From positions 164,486,001 to 164,550,000 of the forward strand of contig OZ024741.1 in NCBI GenBank assembly GCA_964016885.1: a stretch of 64,000 nt of DNA. The letters are read 5' to 3'. The translations under genes and the position numbers were made by a program. The DNA comes from Eledone cirrhosa (taxonomy: Eukaryota). Positions 48,833 to 63,540 of the stretch are shown in pieces; the first letter of the stretch is position 1, and each line of letters opens with the position of its first letter. The notes under the pieces were generated by a model. That model was not told the DNA's origin. It did not search any database and worked only from the letters and a program-made list of their open reading frames with translations.

Positions 48833-49177
48833 GGAGGCACATATGGCTTAGTGGTTAGAGCATTGGCCTTGCAATCGAAAGGTTGTGAGTTCAATTCTCA
48901 GACTGGGTGATGTGTTGTTTCATTGAGCAAGACACTTTATTTCACATTGCTCCAGTTTACTCAGCTGTAGAAATGAGATGATAGGGACAGGGGTCCCTAT
49001 CATTCCACTGCAAAGTGGCCGTGGAGGTGCCACGGCAAAAAAGCACCCAGCACTCACTGTAAATGAGGTTGGTGTCAGGAAGGGCATCCAGCTGTAGAAA
49101 TCAAGCCAGAATCAGTTCCCGTCCCACCCTTGCAAGCAGGGAAAAAGTGGACGTAAATGAAATGATGATGATGATGA

Positions 49178-49181
<4 letters not shown>
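48833..49181 (+). mobile_element. tRNA-derived SINE (family 1) with RTE tail, full length
   Basis: A/B boxes and (GAT)n tail; inserted between (TA)n tracts; matches 1626-1971. Confidence 0.85.
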
Positions 49182-49216
<35 letters not shown>

Positions 49217-49589
49217 GTTTTATGAAGTGAGTAGTTAAACTGGAATTTCAAAGTATGTTTTGCTTTTAACAAGGCTAACACAACACATTCTAAACTATGA
49301 TATAGTTGAAAATAAATCAAGGATATTACCTCTAGAGGTAGTAAAAACGTGACTAGAACTTCCTATGTGAAATGAATTTCATGTCAGCTGTATGCCGGAA
49401 AACAAAAACTGTGTTAACCATTCACATTCCTGACATTTGTACATTATTCTATGTACTATACATGCACCTTTGATGAGTTGTAGTGCACTTGAGCACTGTA
49501 CACAATAATTTTCATTATTATTATTAGAGTGCTCGTTTCACTGTTGTCTGTCAATTTAAAGCTGCTGTTTTACCAGCTAGAGTGTAAGC

Positions 49590-49746
49590 CAGGCATGAGA
49601 AACCTTTTTCGAGCAGTGGGCCGCATAGGATGTGGCTCATCATAAGGTGGGCCGAACTACTAAAATCTTCAATGCAATTTCGAAATTAGGTGTGCCAATC
49701 AGAAAACCAAACGGGCCACATGCAGCTCGCAGTTTGCCCATGACTG
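49590..49746. mobile_element. hAT (Charlie-like) MITE
   Basis: TIRs CAGGCATGAGAAAC / GTTTGCCCATGACTG; 8-bp TSD gtgtaagc / gtgtaaac. Confidence 0.8.
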
Positions 49747-50299
49747 GTGTAAACAATGAAAGGTTTTATGGAGCGAGTAGTAAGTTTCGAATTACAAAAT
49801 ACCTTTTGAGTTATCAATGATATATGTCTGTTTTTCCATATTTGAATGGGTTGGGCAGGTCTTTTTCAACAAAACCTACACACAGTCATTGCATTTCTTC
49901 ACCATACCCAAAGTAAGGTTCAGTGTTTTGAGATCAGCTCTCATAATTTTTACCCAAGTCTTCCTTGGTCTTACATTACAGTAGATTCTTTCTACTGGGA
50001 TCTCTAGGCACTCCTGCACCCAAATGATCATCAGCCATATGCATCATCTCACTTGAACACTACATCCGAGTCCTCTTATATCAAGTTGTTTTTCCACCTT
50101 ACCCATGCTTCTTCATGCATACACATTAAAATTACACATCCAACTGAGCATGCTCACTTCATTTCTCTCCAACCTTCACATGTCCTTTGTATTCACAGTT
50201 CATGCTTCCCTGCTATGCAACATTGCACAACACACCCACACACACTGATTGGAATAATAGTTATTGAAGTTCGAGCTTGTTAGTATCTGCATCTTTTAA

Positions 50300-51152
50300 A
50301 CACACACACACATATATATAAATAAAGACTTATAAAACACCACATATAGATATATATGCACGCACACACACACACTATATATATATATATACAAACACAA
50401 ACTTTTAACACACCACATGCAAGCACATACACACACACATATACAAACATTATACATACAAACAGAGACTTATAACACACCATATGCAAGTACACAGACA
50501 CACACACAGACTTACATACACATCACATATAGACATACACTCATATATACACAGACTTATAATGCACCACAAGTATGTAAACACATGCATACACACACAC
50601 TAAGGCACAGACAAACATAATCACACAATCTTATAACACAGAAGTATGCACACACATGCATACACACACACACACACACTCATATACACATAGACTTATA
50701 ACACACCACAAGTATGCACATACATACACACTCTAATGTACAAACACACACATAATCACACAACATGCAAGCACACACACAGATGTAAAACAGCATCAAA
50801 TACACAAACATACATAAATATACAGACACAAACATACACAAACATACATACATACATATATATATATATATACAAACACAAACATACATAATACATATAC
50901 AGACACAAACACAAACACACATACACATACATATATATATATATATATACAGACACAAACACATACACAAACATACATACATATACAGACACAAACACAC
51001 ATACACAACCATACATACATATACAGACACAAACACACATACACAACCATACATACAAATACAGACACAAACACATACACAACCATACATACATATACAG
51101 ACACAAACACACATACACAACCATACATACAAATACAGACACAAACACACAT
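50300..51152. repeat. CA-rich compound microsatellite / low-complexity tract
   Basis: Direct reading; includes 'atacagacacaaacacacatacacaacc' subunits. Confidence 0.85.
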
Positions 51153-51488
51153 GAACAATGGAATGAAATATTATGTCAGTCAGTTCTAATGACTTCTCAA
51201 TGGAGGAAGTTTCTTTTACAGTATTGGAAAAGGAAAAAAAACAACAACACATAAATAAGTACAAAGTAAAATAAATATGAAACTCTTTAGAAAATTGCAG
51301 GTTTTATTCCCTGTCTTATCAATATAGAAATATAGTTTGCTCATTTACCTTCATCTCTATACATGCATTGATGTGTGTTGTGTGTGTGTGTGTGTGAGTG
51401 TATGTGCTTTTGTACAATTGTAATTTCTCTCAGGTAATGATACGATTAATAATAATAATAATAATTATTATTATTATTATTATATACA

Positions 51489-51538
<50 letters not shown>

Positions 51539-51645
51539 ACAAATGATATTGGTAGGGTGGTGATGTGAGGGAAATAATGATGCAATAACCATAAACACAC
51601 ACACACAGACACATATATATGAGTCAGTGTGTGTGTGTTTATGGT

Positions 51646-51698
<53 letters not shown>

Positions 51699-52160
51699 TC
51701 TGTGTTATTATATATCAAAATATATATGTATAGTCAGTGTGTATGAGTGTATGAGCATGTAGTGTGTGTGTGTGCGCGCGCGTGTGTGTGTGTGTGTGAG
51801 TGTAGACAGTAAATGTCTAACAAATATTTAACTTTCTATGAAATAGCATCAATAAAATCCAAACTAGAAATCAACATTTTTTAATGAGGAATTTTACTTG
51901 AGGAGTTATAACAAGCTTTGTAACTTTCATTATCGCATCTCAATTTAAAATCATTATTATTATTAATGCTATTGGCACTGTTGTTGTTGTTGTTGTTGCT
52001 GTTGTTGTTTTGTCTTCTCTTTTTTTTTTTTTTGCAAAAGCATTTTCTGCATTATTGAAATAATTGAAATAGCTAAAATAGTCAAGTAATAGCTATGTTA
52101 TATTATTGTACTGCTGAACAGATAAACGGTTGTTTGAAGATAACATAACTGTCTGTGTGT

Positions 52161-52162
<2 letters not shown>

Positions 52163-52223
<61 letters not shown>

Positions 52224-52250
52224 TATATATATATATATATATATATAGAC

Positions 52251-52317
<67 letters not shown>

Positions 52318-52580
52318 TATATATATATATATTTATGTATATATATATATATATATATATATAGACATATAATATATATATATAGACATATATATATATA
52401 TATATATATAGACATATATATATATATATATATATAGACATATATATATAGACATATATATATATATATATATAGACATATATATATATATATATATAGA
52501 TATATATATATACATATATATTTATATCACTATATATATAGACATATTTATATCTCTATATAGAGACATATATATATATA
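52163..52580. repeat. (TA)n tract punctuated by recurring AGAC
   Basis: Direct reading. Confidence 0.9.
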
Positions 52581-53055
52581 TATTGTGCGTGTGTGTGTGT
52601 TTATTATAGGATTGTTAAACTATCTCTCTCTCCATCTAATCATGTGGCTCACTAGTCTAGCAACCTATATGCATTGAGCACACTAACCTTCTCTCTACTG
52701 GCTAGTTATCTGCATAACTAATCACCTTTCTCATCTCCTGATTAGCTTACTAGCTTTTTACCTTCTATATATATATATATATTTTATATGTATGTATTTA
52801 TATATATATATTTTTTTTATATGTATGTATTTATATATATCATATATATATTATATATATATTCACATATAAGCACCCATACACACACGCACATATAAAT
52901 ATAGTAGAAAACAAACATATGCAACCACGCGTGTATGCATATGTGTCTCTGTATGTGTACTGGAGGTAGAGCATTATATTATATTGAACACTGAAACATC
53001 ACAAATCTTTACTCAGGTTTTCAATTCTGATGTTTGAAGAACATAAAACAGCTGT

Positions 53056-53259
53056 TTAACTCTTAACACCCTGTACCATGCAAAACATTCTTGAGAAGTA
53101 CAAAACCACACTATGACTGCACCCAGAGGAAATTCTTTACTCTGATACTGTAAATATTCACAATTATCTGTACACTAATAAAGATACAATAAACATTTGA
53201 ATTAATACGTCCACTTTAAGATATTTTTAACTAAATAATTGTAGGGTGTTAAGAATTAA
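53056..53259. mobile_element. TTAA-flanked MITE (family B)
   Basis: ttaa-ctcttaacaccctgtac ... gtagggtgttaagaa-ttaa; homologous to 7877-8089. Confidence 0.7.
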
Positions 53260-53669
53260 AGGAGATGGTAAAGAAATATTTGAATAACTAGACACAGATC
53301 TGCCACCTCAAACAGGGAGTACCGTGAAAAAAAGTGCCCCAAAACGATGACAAATTTTACGTAATGAAAGCTATACCCATTTTCACAAAGTCAGTGGATG
53401 ATCACTCCATCTGATGGAGAGAGTTAACAGGTCTGTTAGACAAGCTATTGGGTGAGAACACTGGTTTATGATGCTGTGACACAGGCACACCATAGCACTG
53501 TATTTAAAACTTATACCAGATTAACTACACTAAATTCATGTTCCATTTTTACCACCAGAGAAGCATTTTTTAACAAGCTTATTTGATTATATCATTTAGA
53601 TGTGTTTCATTTAAAATAAAATAGAACATTTTACAACATGCAGCTTCCTACCAGCATGGTTTTTATTGT

Positions 53670-53895
53670 TTAACCCTTTAGCCTTTAAACCAGCCATATC
53701 CGGCCAGAATTCTCTCACCTCTTTCTGTTCAAACCAGCTGTAACTGGTCATGCATATCTACATTAAGGTATTGTTCTCAAAATAAATAATATCAAAATCT
53801 CATAGATTTGATATTGTGAGATAATTATGTGAAATAAAGCCTTTACTACTAAAATATAATAGTATGAATAGAGTGATGTAAATATTAAAGGTTAA
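53670..53895. mobile_element. TTAA-flanked piggyBac-type MITE (family A)
   Basis: ttaa-ccctttagccttta ... taaatattaaagg-ttaa; inverse orientation relative to 23381. Confidence 0.78.
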
Positions 53896-54176
53896 ACATA
53901 CATTGTAAGTTGTACCTAACTAAGAAACATTTTTATTTTATCTTAACATACACATGTATTAAATGAAAGATCCAAACTAGTAAGTTGATGTAAGCAAGCT
54001 TCTAAATATTTACTTTGCAATTTTATTCCATGTCTTCCTCTTCCAAAACACACTAACAACTGATCACCAGTCAAACATTCTTTTTGCTATATTCTGTGTA
54101 TCTTTTTAATTAATTTACCTTTTATATATTTTCAATTTTTGTTCTGTATTTCTTAGCAATATTGTACACCTGCATT

Positions 54177-54456
54177 CAGGGCTGGATTTAATGGGGGGCA
54201 AAGGGGGCAACTACCCCAGGCCCTGCGACGGCCGTAGTAATCTATTTGTGCCCTCAGCTGGGTTTTTTAGTTTTAGGGTGGTTAGAATTTTTTAATTTAA
54301 TCCCTGTATGTATAACTTTTCAATTCCAATTACTTGCACCAAGTTAACTTTGATATGTAAAATTAGGGGGTTTGCTGTGTATTCTAATTCTTTTGTGTAT
54401 GAGGGGTCCCCCAAACCTAAAGTGCCCTGGAACCCCAAGGTCTAAATCCAACCCTG
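54177..54456. mobile_element. hAT MITE
   Basis: TIRs CAGGGCTGGATTTA / TAAATCCAACCCTG; perfect 8-bp TSD CCTGCATT on both sides. Confidence 0.88.
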
Positions 54457-54824
54457 CCTGCATTTTATGATCAACTGAACTTATTTTAAAACTATGAATT
54501 CTTTAAAAAGAAATCCTTTTCCTCTCTTTTAAACAGGTTTTATGTTCCATTCTTCATTATAGTCCAAAGAATCTAATAAAATATACTACAAATCTAATTA
54601 TGAGTAAAACATGGTCACCTGACGCAACTTGCCTCTAATGGGACAACCCGTCTAACCCATGCTAGCATGGAAAATGGACGTTAAATGATGGTGATGATGA
54701 TTTATAAGTATATATCAAGACAACAGCAACAAGTATACTTCATGTTGCTGTAGTTGTTTATATAAACCACTTGAAATGACTTGAAAACTCTATATTCTAT
54801 TAATTACAGATTTCAGTTTACATG

Positions 54825-54857
<33 letters not shown>

Positions 54858-55336
54858 CCTCTCTGTGCTATGCACTCACACACACACTATCTCTATCACT
54901 GCCAAACACATCTCTCTCATGCAGATAAATATTTGATTAGTTGTTCAGTCTACAACCAATAAAATTGTTATTTAATATTAATTTCCATCAGACACAGATG
55001 TGAGACGAGTTCTTTTATAAAAGATGTTCTGGATAATTGACTGACTCTAAACAATGGGGAAGTTGAGGGACAATATGTGTGTGTGTGTGTGTGTGTGGGG
55101 GGATATATGTAAATGGGGATGATAGTGTGTGAGGCGAGGAGATATTTTATGTGTGGGGGAGAGAGTGTATGGGTGTGTAGAAGACAATGTTGGGGTAGAG
55201 AGTGTATGTGTGAGAGGAGACAGAACAGGCGACAAAATATTACTCCTTGCTATACAGCACAAGGGACTCAATATTCAGTACCAAGTTCACCACAACCAAC
55301 TTTATATTCTACCTATCTCAAGATCACCATTATCAT

Positions 55337-55499
55337 TTAACCCTTTAGCATTTAAAATGGCTGTATCAGGCCAGAATTCTTTCACCTGTTTCTGTTCACA
55401 CCAGCCATTCGATATTATGCGAGATAATTATGTGAGATAAAGCTTTTACTGTGAAAATACAATAGTAAATATAGAGTAATGAGAATGCTAAAGGGTTAA
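55337..55499. mobile_element. piggyBac-type MITE (family A), internally deleted
   Basis: ttaa-ccctttagcatt ... aatgctaaaggg-ttaa. Confidence 0.8.
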
Positions 55500-55701
55500 T
55501 GTCCATTCTCCCTGCAAGCAAAGTTTAGATGAGTCGTTACAAATCAAGTCAGTACTTAATCGAAGCTACTGCCCTCACAAATGAGCCAGGTATCTCCATC
55601 TTACATACATTCCCATAGTGTACAGAGTGTACTGGGTGTATTTTATTGTGGCACCACTGCTAGAGAGGTTGTCATGCCCTTGACACAACTGAAGAATCCT
55701 C

Positions 55702-55932
55702 TTAACCCTTCAGCATTAAAACCGCCCATATCTGGCCAGAATTCTCTAACCTCTTTCTTTTCAAACCGGCCATAACTGGCCACTCATACCAATGTTAAAG
55801 TATTGTTCTCAAAAAATAAATAACATCAAAATGTCATTGATACAATATTATGTAAGATAATTGTATAAGATAAAACCTTTACCACAAAAATACAATAGTA
55901 AATATAGAGTAATGTAAATGCAAAAGGGTTAA
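55702..55932. mobile_element. piggyBac-type MITE (family A)
   Basis: ttaa-cccttcagcatt ... aatgcaaaaggg-ttaa. Confidence 0.78.
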
Positions 55933-57948
55933 AGCTTTTTTTGACTAGTTTTCTATGGCTGGATACCCTCTCAGCAATTACTTTACAGAATGTACTGGGT
56001 GCATTTTATTGTGGCACCAATACTAGGGTGATTGTTGGGCCTTTGACACCACTGAAGAGTCCTCACAATTCTGTGTTTTGCAGGTTTTCCATGGCTGGAA
56101 GCCCTTCCTATCCCCAACCAATTTACAGGGTGTACTAGGTGCGTTTTATTGTGTCACCAACATTAGAGAGGTTGACATGCCCTTGAACAGATAACAATAA
56201 GGTTCTCTCCACTCTCACCATACATGTGACTCTATTCCACTGTCTGAAATCAATACACCTTACAACTTTATATATTAATAGTATTAGTAGTGATGATGGT
56301 AGGAGTAGTGATAGTGATAGTGGACATAGTAGTAGTAGTGGTAGTGGAGGTGGTGGCAGTGATAGTAGTGGTCTTAGTAATGGTAATAGTGGAAGTAGTA
56401 GTAGCATGATGACTCACTCCTTAAGTGAAAAGTAAAAAAAAAATCACTTAAATATTACTTCATTAAATTTTGCAAATGAATTTAAGAAATAATAATTTTA
56501 AAAGAAAAGGGGAAAAAATAACCTTCCTCCAACATACAAACACACATACATATAAACATGCACCCACAAACACAAAAACACAGACAGACACATACATTCC
56601 AGTTACTAATTCTTGAACATTTAAACATTTTTCTGATTTTATAGAGTTGTTATTGCTATTTTATAATTTCAAGTTGCTTTTTACAAAATAAAAATGCAGA
56701 AAATCAAAAATAAATTCTCTGTTTAATAGTGCTATTATATTGATTTCTCAAGAACCTTAATTTGAAATTCATAAAAGGATATAAAAAAAAATTACTTGCT
56801 TTCCTACATCCCAAAATGGAATTGACCAATTATTGACATTTTTGTATTGTTTGTTTCAAGATGGAACTAAGTTGTTAAATGGAAAGATAATTACTGGAAA
56901 TATGGAATGTAATTAAGAAGACGGGCCCCCTTCTCCAATATATACAAAAAATTTAAGATTTTACAGATAATTTCTATTGTATGGAGTGGTTGTGAGGTTA
57001 GGGCGTTAATTTACAGTCCAAATGGTTAGCGGCTTGCACCTTGCAATATCCATTGTGTAACATGAAAATGGACTTCTGTTGGTGGATACATGGCTGTATG
57101 GTTAAGAAGTATGTGTTGTAATCACATGGTTCTAAATTCCATCTTGGCCGAGCGTCTTCTGCCATATACTTAGGTTGATATGTCAAAATATTTACATTTG
57201 TTTAAAGGTGAGAAGAACAATGTCATACCAATGCTACCTATTGAGTGAAAAACACATGTCCATGGCTGTCCTTTCTTGACTCAGAAATAAAGATCAAACT
57301 TTCTTTTACTCCTATCATGTTAATATATGAAGAGTTTGTTCTTAAATTCTTGGGATTAATTCCCCTTTTCATTCAGAGTTACTAACAATCATTGCTAGTT
57401 TGTTTCCCTTATCTCTCTGTAGAGACAACACAACTCATTTCTACAGCTGAGTAAACTAGAGCGATGTGACACAATGCATCACCTGGTCAGATAATCAAAC
57501 TCACAACCTCCCAATTGCAAGCCTAATGCTCTAACCAGTAGGCCATGTCCCTAGTCACAATAATAACAACAATAATATGGATGAGGAAACTAACTACCTC
57601 GGCTATGACTACAACAGCAGCAACAACAACTGCAGCAAGTTTTAATATTGCAATAGTTGTTTTACTTTCTTGTCTTCCTCAACTTCACATTATTACTCCT
57701 CTAGCCATGTTGACAGTACTGAAGTCATCTTCTATTACTCACTTTGTGATTCTTAATAAACAAAACCAAACAATGAACAAAGAACATCGACATCAGCAGC
57801 AACAATGTGTATTTAGTCTAAGTAGATGTTTGTTGTTAGACTGTAAAAACATTTAGAAATAATGATGTAAATAAACTTTACTATATCATTGGAATCATTA
57901 GCTAATTGAAGAAACTAACTACTTTTGAAATGGTCAATTAAATTTAAA

Positions 57949-58137
57949 TAATTGTTTCTACGTTAGGCACAAGGCCAGCAATTACCCAGTGCATTACTGG
58001 TACTTTATTTTATCGACCCCGTAAGGATGAAAGGCAAAGTCAACCTTGGCGGGATTTGAACTCAGATCGTAAAGGGACGTAACTATGCTGGAAAGCATGG
58101 CGTCCGACCCTCTACCAATACTGCCAATCCACCGCCC
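57949..58137 (-). mobile_element. tRNA-derived SINE (family 2), full length
   Basis: Reverse complement of 44471-44660. Confidence 0.82.
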
Positions 58138-60039
58138 TTTTTTATTAAATTTAAATAATGTAATTTCCTCATTATTTCTACATAATATCTGTCAGAGACA
58201 TCACAATTAAAATTCAGTATTTCTAGAGTGATGAAGATTCATTAAAATATGAAGCATCAACACCAATTCACATTGTTTAACTCTTTCCTTCCATATTTCT
58301 AATGAGATACACTCTATTTCAATTAATTAATTGGTAATGATATTTTAAAATTTCATCATTAAGATAATATTTGTAACACATAGTTCTTATATCAAATTAT
58401 GTTGGAAGAGTTTAATCAAAATAGGAACCATTTGAAATAGATGGCTTTATTTCACAGAAACAGAGGTGGTTTGGGGCAGGTTGGTACCAAAATGGTTAAA
58501 ATAACCAGGTTTCAAATGACATGGTTACCACATTTAAGTAGGTTAAGAGAGTGTTTCTAATAAGGGTGAAAGATCTATGATGAAGGTGGCCAACTGACAT
58601 AGCAGAGTGGCAGTATCAGCATACAACCAGTTGACCACTCAAGCCAATAAAACTCCCCAGTCTTGTCTGTGTTCTGCTGTGGTAGACATGTAAGGTGCCA
58701 ATGAATCTTTGTGCTTTGGGAGAATATTGATTTTATTAAAGTCAATATTTCTAGATATTGATCTGAGCTGGTTTACTGGTCTATTAGTGTTTAGAGACAC
58801 AGGGTGAAGGTTTGGTATAATATGGTAGATGTATAAGACGGATGTGTGGAGTAGAACATGAAAAGTGTGATAGTTATATGAAGAGAATGGAGTGGAGTCG
58901 GATGGAGAGAGACTTTAGAGAAAGGTTTGAAGAAATATGAGTTATTTGAAGAAGATAAGTAGTAAAGAAACAAATTTCAATATATGATATAATGTCATCC
59001 ATTCCACTCAGTAAAGTGGTAGTGGTGGTGCCAGAAAAACACATCAAATAAACCCTGGGAAGTGGTGGGCATCAAGAAGGGCATCCAGTCATAGAAACCG
59101 TGTCAAATATGGAGCATAATGAGCAAGATGGGTTACTCCAACCCATCTGGTCTTGAACTATGACAACCCATCCAACCCAGGCCAGCATGGAAAGTGGACA
59201 TAAAATGATGATGATGATATAAAGCAAAAGCAGTAAATTGACTTGAAATGCATTTCAATTTGGCAAAGATCCATTTTAACACAAAGAACCATGATCTGAA
59301 CAAATGAGAAATAATGCAGATGATGGCGGCAACAATATAAACAATATAAATCTATGATTTATGAGTTCATTATTTAATAACATCACATTAACTCTTAATG
59401 TCCTGTACAGCATAAAACCGCAGTATCAAGACAATCTTGGAAAGTATAAAACAGCTCAATGACTGTATCAGCTTAAAAATTGAAATCTGTTCTAATACTG
59501 AAAAGTTTCAGAAAAGGCTGCCCAGTAGTAAAGATACTAAAAACATTTGAATTAATGAATCCCATGAAACCACAAGACATTCTTTAAAAGTATCAAACAG
59601 CACTACGACAGCAGCCCATTAAAAATCGAAGCCTTTACTACAAATGTTCATAATGATCTGTATAGGACTAAAGCTACTATAAACATTTGAATCAACAAAC
59701 CTCATTTTTAGACATTTTCTGCTGAATCATTACAAGATGTTTAGAGTCAATTATGGGAAGGAATTCTAATTTAATGTCTTTTATATAAGGAAATGTATAA
59801 CCTCATTTCTTAAGTGTTTAATTAGGAAGTCATGCATTTGATTAGGAGGTTTGAGCAAGGAATAACTTCCGTTATTGAATCTTATGAAGATTAGCATGGT
59901 GTGTGTAGAGAGAGGAAAAACATTTTACTATATATATATCCACAAGTGGAGCTGAATTAAATTATATAATGTTTGCAACAAAATATTATTTAAAAATTAA
60001 ATAATGATAGTAGAGGAAAGGGGAGAGAGCGGCAGACTC

Positions 60040-60715
60040 TACACCCTAGTCTGGGTGGTATATCTCAACAGCATCTTGCTGACAAAATGGCAAAAGTATT
60101 GGTCTGAAGAACAGCCAGCAACACCCACTGCATCAGTACCTCATCTTACGGAGTTCCTTCATCAAGGAGGATAAACTCCTCCCAACTTTGCAGAAATAAA
60201 TGGCAGTTTAGGGGGTTGGTGACTGAGGACACAAGAGGTATTGATGACAACAGGCATGAAAAGGAAGTGATCGGTCAAGTCCCTGAGTTTGGAAATCTTC
60301 CAATCTTTTGCATAACAGACAGTAGTGCCAAGGTTTGTATCTGAAGTGACATGGTTGGAGATGTGTTGTAATATGTGGCATCCTAGATTAAAGATTTATA
60401 CCCCTCAAACAGAAAAAGAGCTATCTCATTTGGCCGCTCGTTGTCACCATGGTTGAGGCTTGCAGGCTCCATTTGAGGTGGGTGTATCAATGCTCCTTCA
60501 GATACCATTTAAGAAGGCATGCCAAAGGAATTGTGGTGATAAGAGAGTGAATGTAGTCTAACATGTCTTACTATGGCTCCACAACAGGATTTGTGTGGTT
60601 AAAATTGTGGCTGAATTTAGGATTCAAAATGCAGTGATGAACCTGTTTAGAGAGGCAGACTGTACCATCCTATGGTACCTATTAATACAAGTGCATAGAC
60701 TGCATTGTAAGGAGT
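60040..60715 (-). mobile_element. Old, heavily degraded CRE-like RLE retrotransposon fragment
   Basis: Minus-strand remnants PQMEPASLNHGDNERPNE...LI*DAT and KISKLRDLTDHFLFMPVVINTSCVL parallel the 18.3-18.6 kb fragment. Confidence 0.5.
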
Positions 60716-60907
60716 AAGCAATTACAATTAATGATCCATCCTCAATGCTAGTGGCTAGAATTACTATTTTACTACAAGTCATATATTATAGTTTATTGAC
60801 ATGGTATTGTTAGCTGTATTATTAGCATGTATTGTTTAATGAAGTCCAGTATGTAAATATGGTATAAATATGTCCAGCAAGTCCAATAGAAGGAAATACT
60901 ATCTTAC

Positions 60908-60993
60908 CAACATTCTTTGTAACATTTCCACCGTCTTATTGCGGACACTAAATCCATTGATTTCTCGTATTTCATCCCCAACATGTAGTGTGC
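60908..60993 (-). CDS. CASK: CASK/LIN-2 PDZ-domain exon (G)[28 protein letters not shown], phase 1 in / phase 0 out
   Basis: Long pyrimidine tract then ttccag|GCACA...ATGTTG|gtaaga. Near-identical to the CASK PDZ segment [29 protein letters not shown] (recalled). Confidence 0.93.
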
Positions 60994-61980
60994 CTGGAAG
61001 AGAGGAGGAATGACAAGATGAGAGAATGATAGAAGGGAGAAGAAGGGGTGGGTATAGGGGGAGAAAGAGGGTGGAAGAAGGGGAGGGAGACGACAAGATA
61101 AGCGAGTGAAAAGAAAATATGAGAAAGAGAAAGTAAAGATGTGTGCACATATGATAGATAGATAGATAGAGAGAGAGAGAAGAGGGTGAGAGCCAGAATT
61201 TCATGATCTGAGGATTTACAATACATAGTTGTAGCTTCATTCATGTGTAAAAAAGAGGTTTACAATGAATGATTCATGCATCATAATTTAGCAACGATCA
61301 TACACACACACACATGTGCACACACATACTCACCACTCTCACATACACATACATACACATTCTCACATAAACACACACATACATACTCACATGCACATTC
61401 TGTACATTATTTGAGGAGCAATAATTAGCCATGTCTTCAATCGACAATAAACCCATAATAATATGTCATATATGTTCATACATAGTTACATACATATGTA
61501 TGTACATACATACACACATACATACATATATACATACACACACAAATACATACACACACATACATACACACATATATACATACGCACATGCATATATACA
61601 TACACACACATACATACATACATACATACACACATATATACATACGCACATGCATATATACATACACACAAATACATACACACACATACATACACACATA
61701 TATACATACGCACATGCATATATACATACATACATATATATATGTGCATGTAACTTTATAATTTATACACATACAATGCATTTCCTATCTCAGTAATGTT
61801 GCTATATTAAGAAGTTTGCTTTCACATTACAAGATCCTGGATTCTAATACTTCATCTGTTCCCGTAAATAGATATTTCTCCAAAGTCACTGATACATTTA
61901 AACCTGTATATCATATCCTAGAAATAAATTATTAAAGTATCATTCTTATCCCTAATCACTTCCACATATCAGTAACTACC

Positions 61981-62182
61981 ATAAACTATAGGGTTTATCT
62001 TACACAAACAACTAGTTTGTTAAAACACTAATAAACTATAGGGTTTATCTTACACAAACAACTAGTTTGTTAAAACACTAATAAACTATAGGGTTTATCT
62101 TACACAAACAACTAGTTTGTTAAAACACTAATAAACTATAGGGTTTATCTTATGCAAACTACTAATTTGTCAAAACACTAAT
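61981..62182. repeat. 50-bp tandem repeat, 4 units
   Basis: ATAAACTATAGGGTTTATCTTACACAAACAACTAGTTTGTTAAAACACTA at 61981, 62031, 62081 and 62131. Confidence 0.92.
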
Positions 62183-63224
62183 ATCCCAGTTTCTATGATT
62201 GTTCATGTTCTCAGTGCATTACTGGTGCTTTATTTTATCAACCTCACAAGGATGAAAGGCAAAGCTAACCTCGGTGGGATTTGAACTCAGACTGTAAAGA
62301 GGTGTAACTGTATGCTGCAAAGCATGGCGTCTGACCCGCTATCGATAACCAATAATAATAATCACATTTTCTCTGTAATATTACAACAGGAAGTGTAGGT
62401 ATATGTATCTACTCCATTGAACTCTCTATTTCCATCACTTGAAAACACACACCCTATACATATACTGTATACAACCTCTACAAACTCTATATAGCTTCTA
62501 TACACAACCTCTAACCAACACAGATTTAATCTTTCCTGACCATATTTTCAATGAATTACACTCTATTTCAATTATTTAATGAAGAATTTGGAAGGGTTTA
62601 CAAAAGATCATTGGTTATTTCATTACTAAGATGATAACTTAACATATGGGTCTTATATAAAACTATGCTGGAAGAGGCCCGATACTATAGGCATGTGGTT
62701 AGAATGCCTCAGGAAAGAATCGCTGGACATATTTTCCCGGCAAAACCAACAGGTAGGAGACCCAGGTGTAGACCTCGAGCAAGATAGATAACATCCATGA
62801 GTTTGGTTGGTCTCGTTTGGGGATCCAGCCAGATCAGTTAGACATGGTTGCTTCTGACAAGACCCTCTCAGGAATAAGTGGGTGAAGAAGAAGGGTAGTT
62901 TTGTTACATGGAACCTGAGCCACTTTTGCCTAGGTTGGTATTAAAAGAGTTAAAACTTTTCTCCAATCCTTCCTTTCCAGATTTGCATTCTATCATTGCT
63001 TTCCTTCCAATTCCTAATCTGATTGACTGGTAACTCCCACTTGCCCATCACACTGTTATCTGATGATTGAAGAAGAATCTGATGCAGCAACCCACCTTAT
63101 AGAGAAACAATACTATCGCTGTCACTTGTACTGGAGTATGACTTCGTGGCATGCATGTAATAACATGGCTGCAGTCTAATGACTGAAACTAGTAAAACAA
63201 TGTATACACACACACACACACACA

Positions 63225-63540
63225 CATCATCATCATTTTACGTCCGCTTTTTCCCTGCTTGCAAGGGTGGGATGGGAACTGATTCTGGCTTGATTTCTAC
63301 AGCTGGATGCCCTTCCTAACATCAACCTCATTTACAGTGAGTGCTGGGTGCTTTTTTTCTGTGGCGCCTACACGTCCACCTTACCAGTCCCTATCATCTC
63401 ATTTCTACAGCTGAGTAAACTGGAGCAATGTGAAATAAAGTGTCTTGCTCAAGGAAACAACACATCACCCGGTCTGAGAATTGAACTCACAACTTTTCGA
63501 TTACAAGCCCAATGCTCTAACCACTAAGCTGTGTGCCTCC
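63225..63540 (-). mobile_element. tRNA-derived SINE (family 1) with RTE tail
   Basis: Matches 1626-1971. Confidence 0.85.

Noticed and set aside
48613-48894. N-terminal part of the 852-aa ORF as the true LINE start
   Set aside because: It reads through an antisense SINE head, two (TA)n tracts and an unrelated repeat; APE homology only starts near 48610.
48833-48910. SINE heads as genuine tRNA genes
   Set aside because: A/B boxes are present, but there is no intact cloverleaf or T-run terminator, and each head continues into a SINE core and tail in multiple copies.
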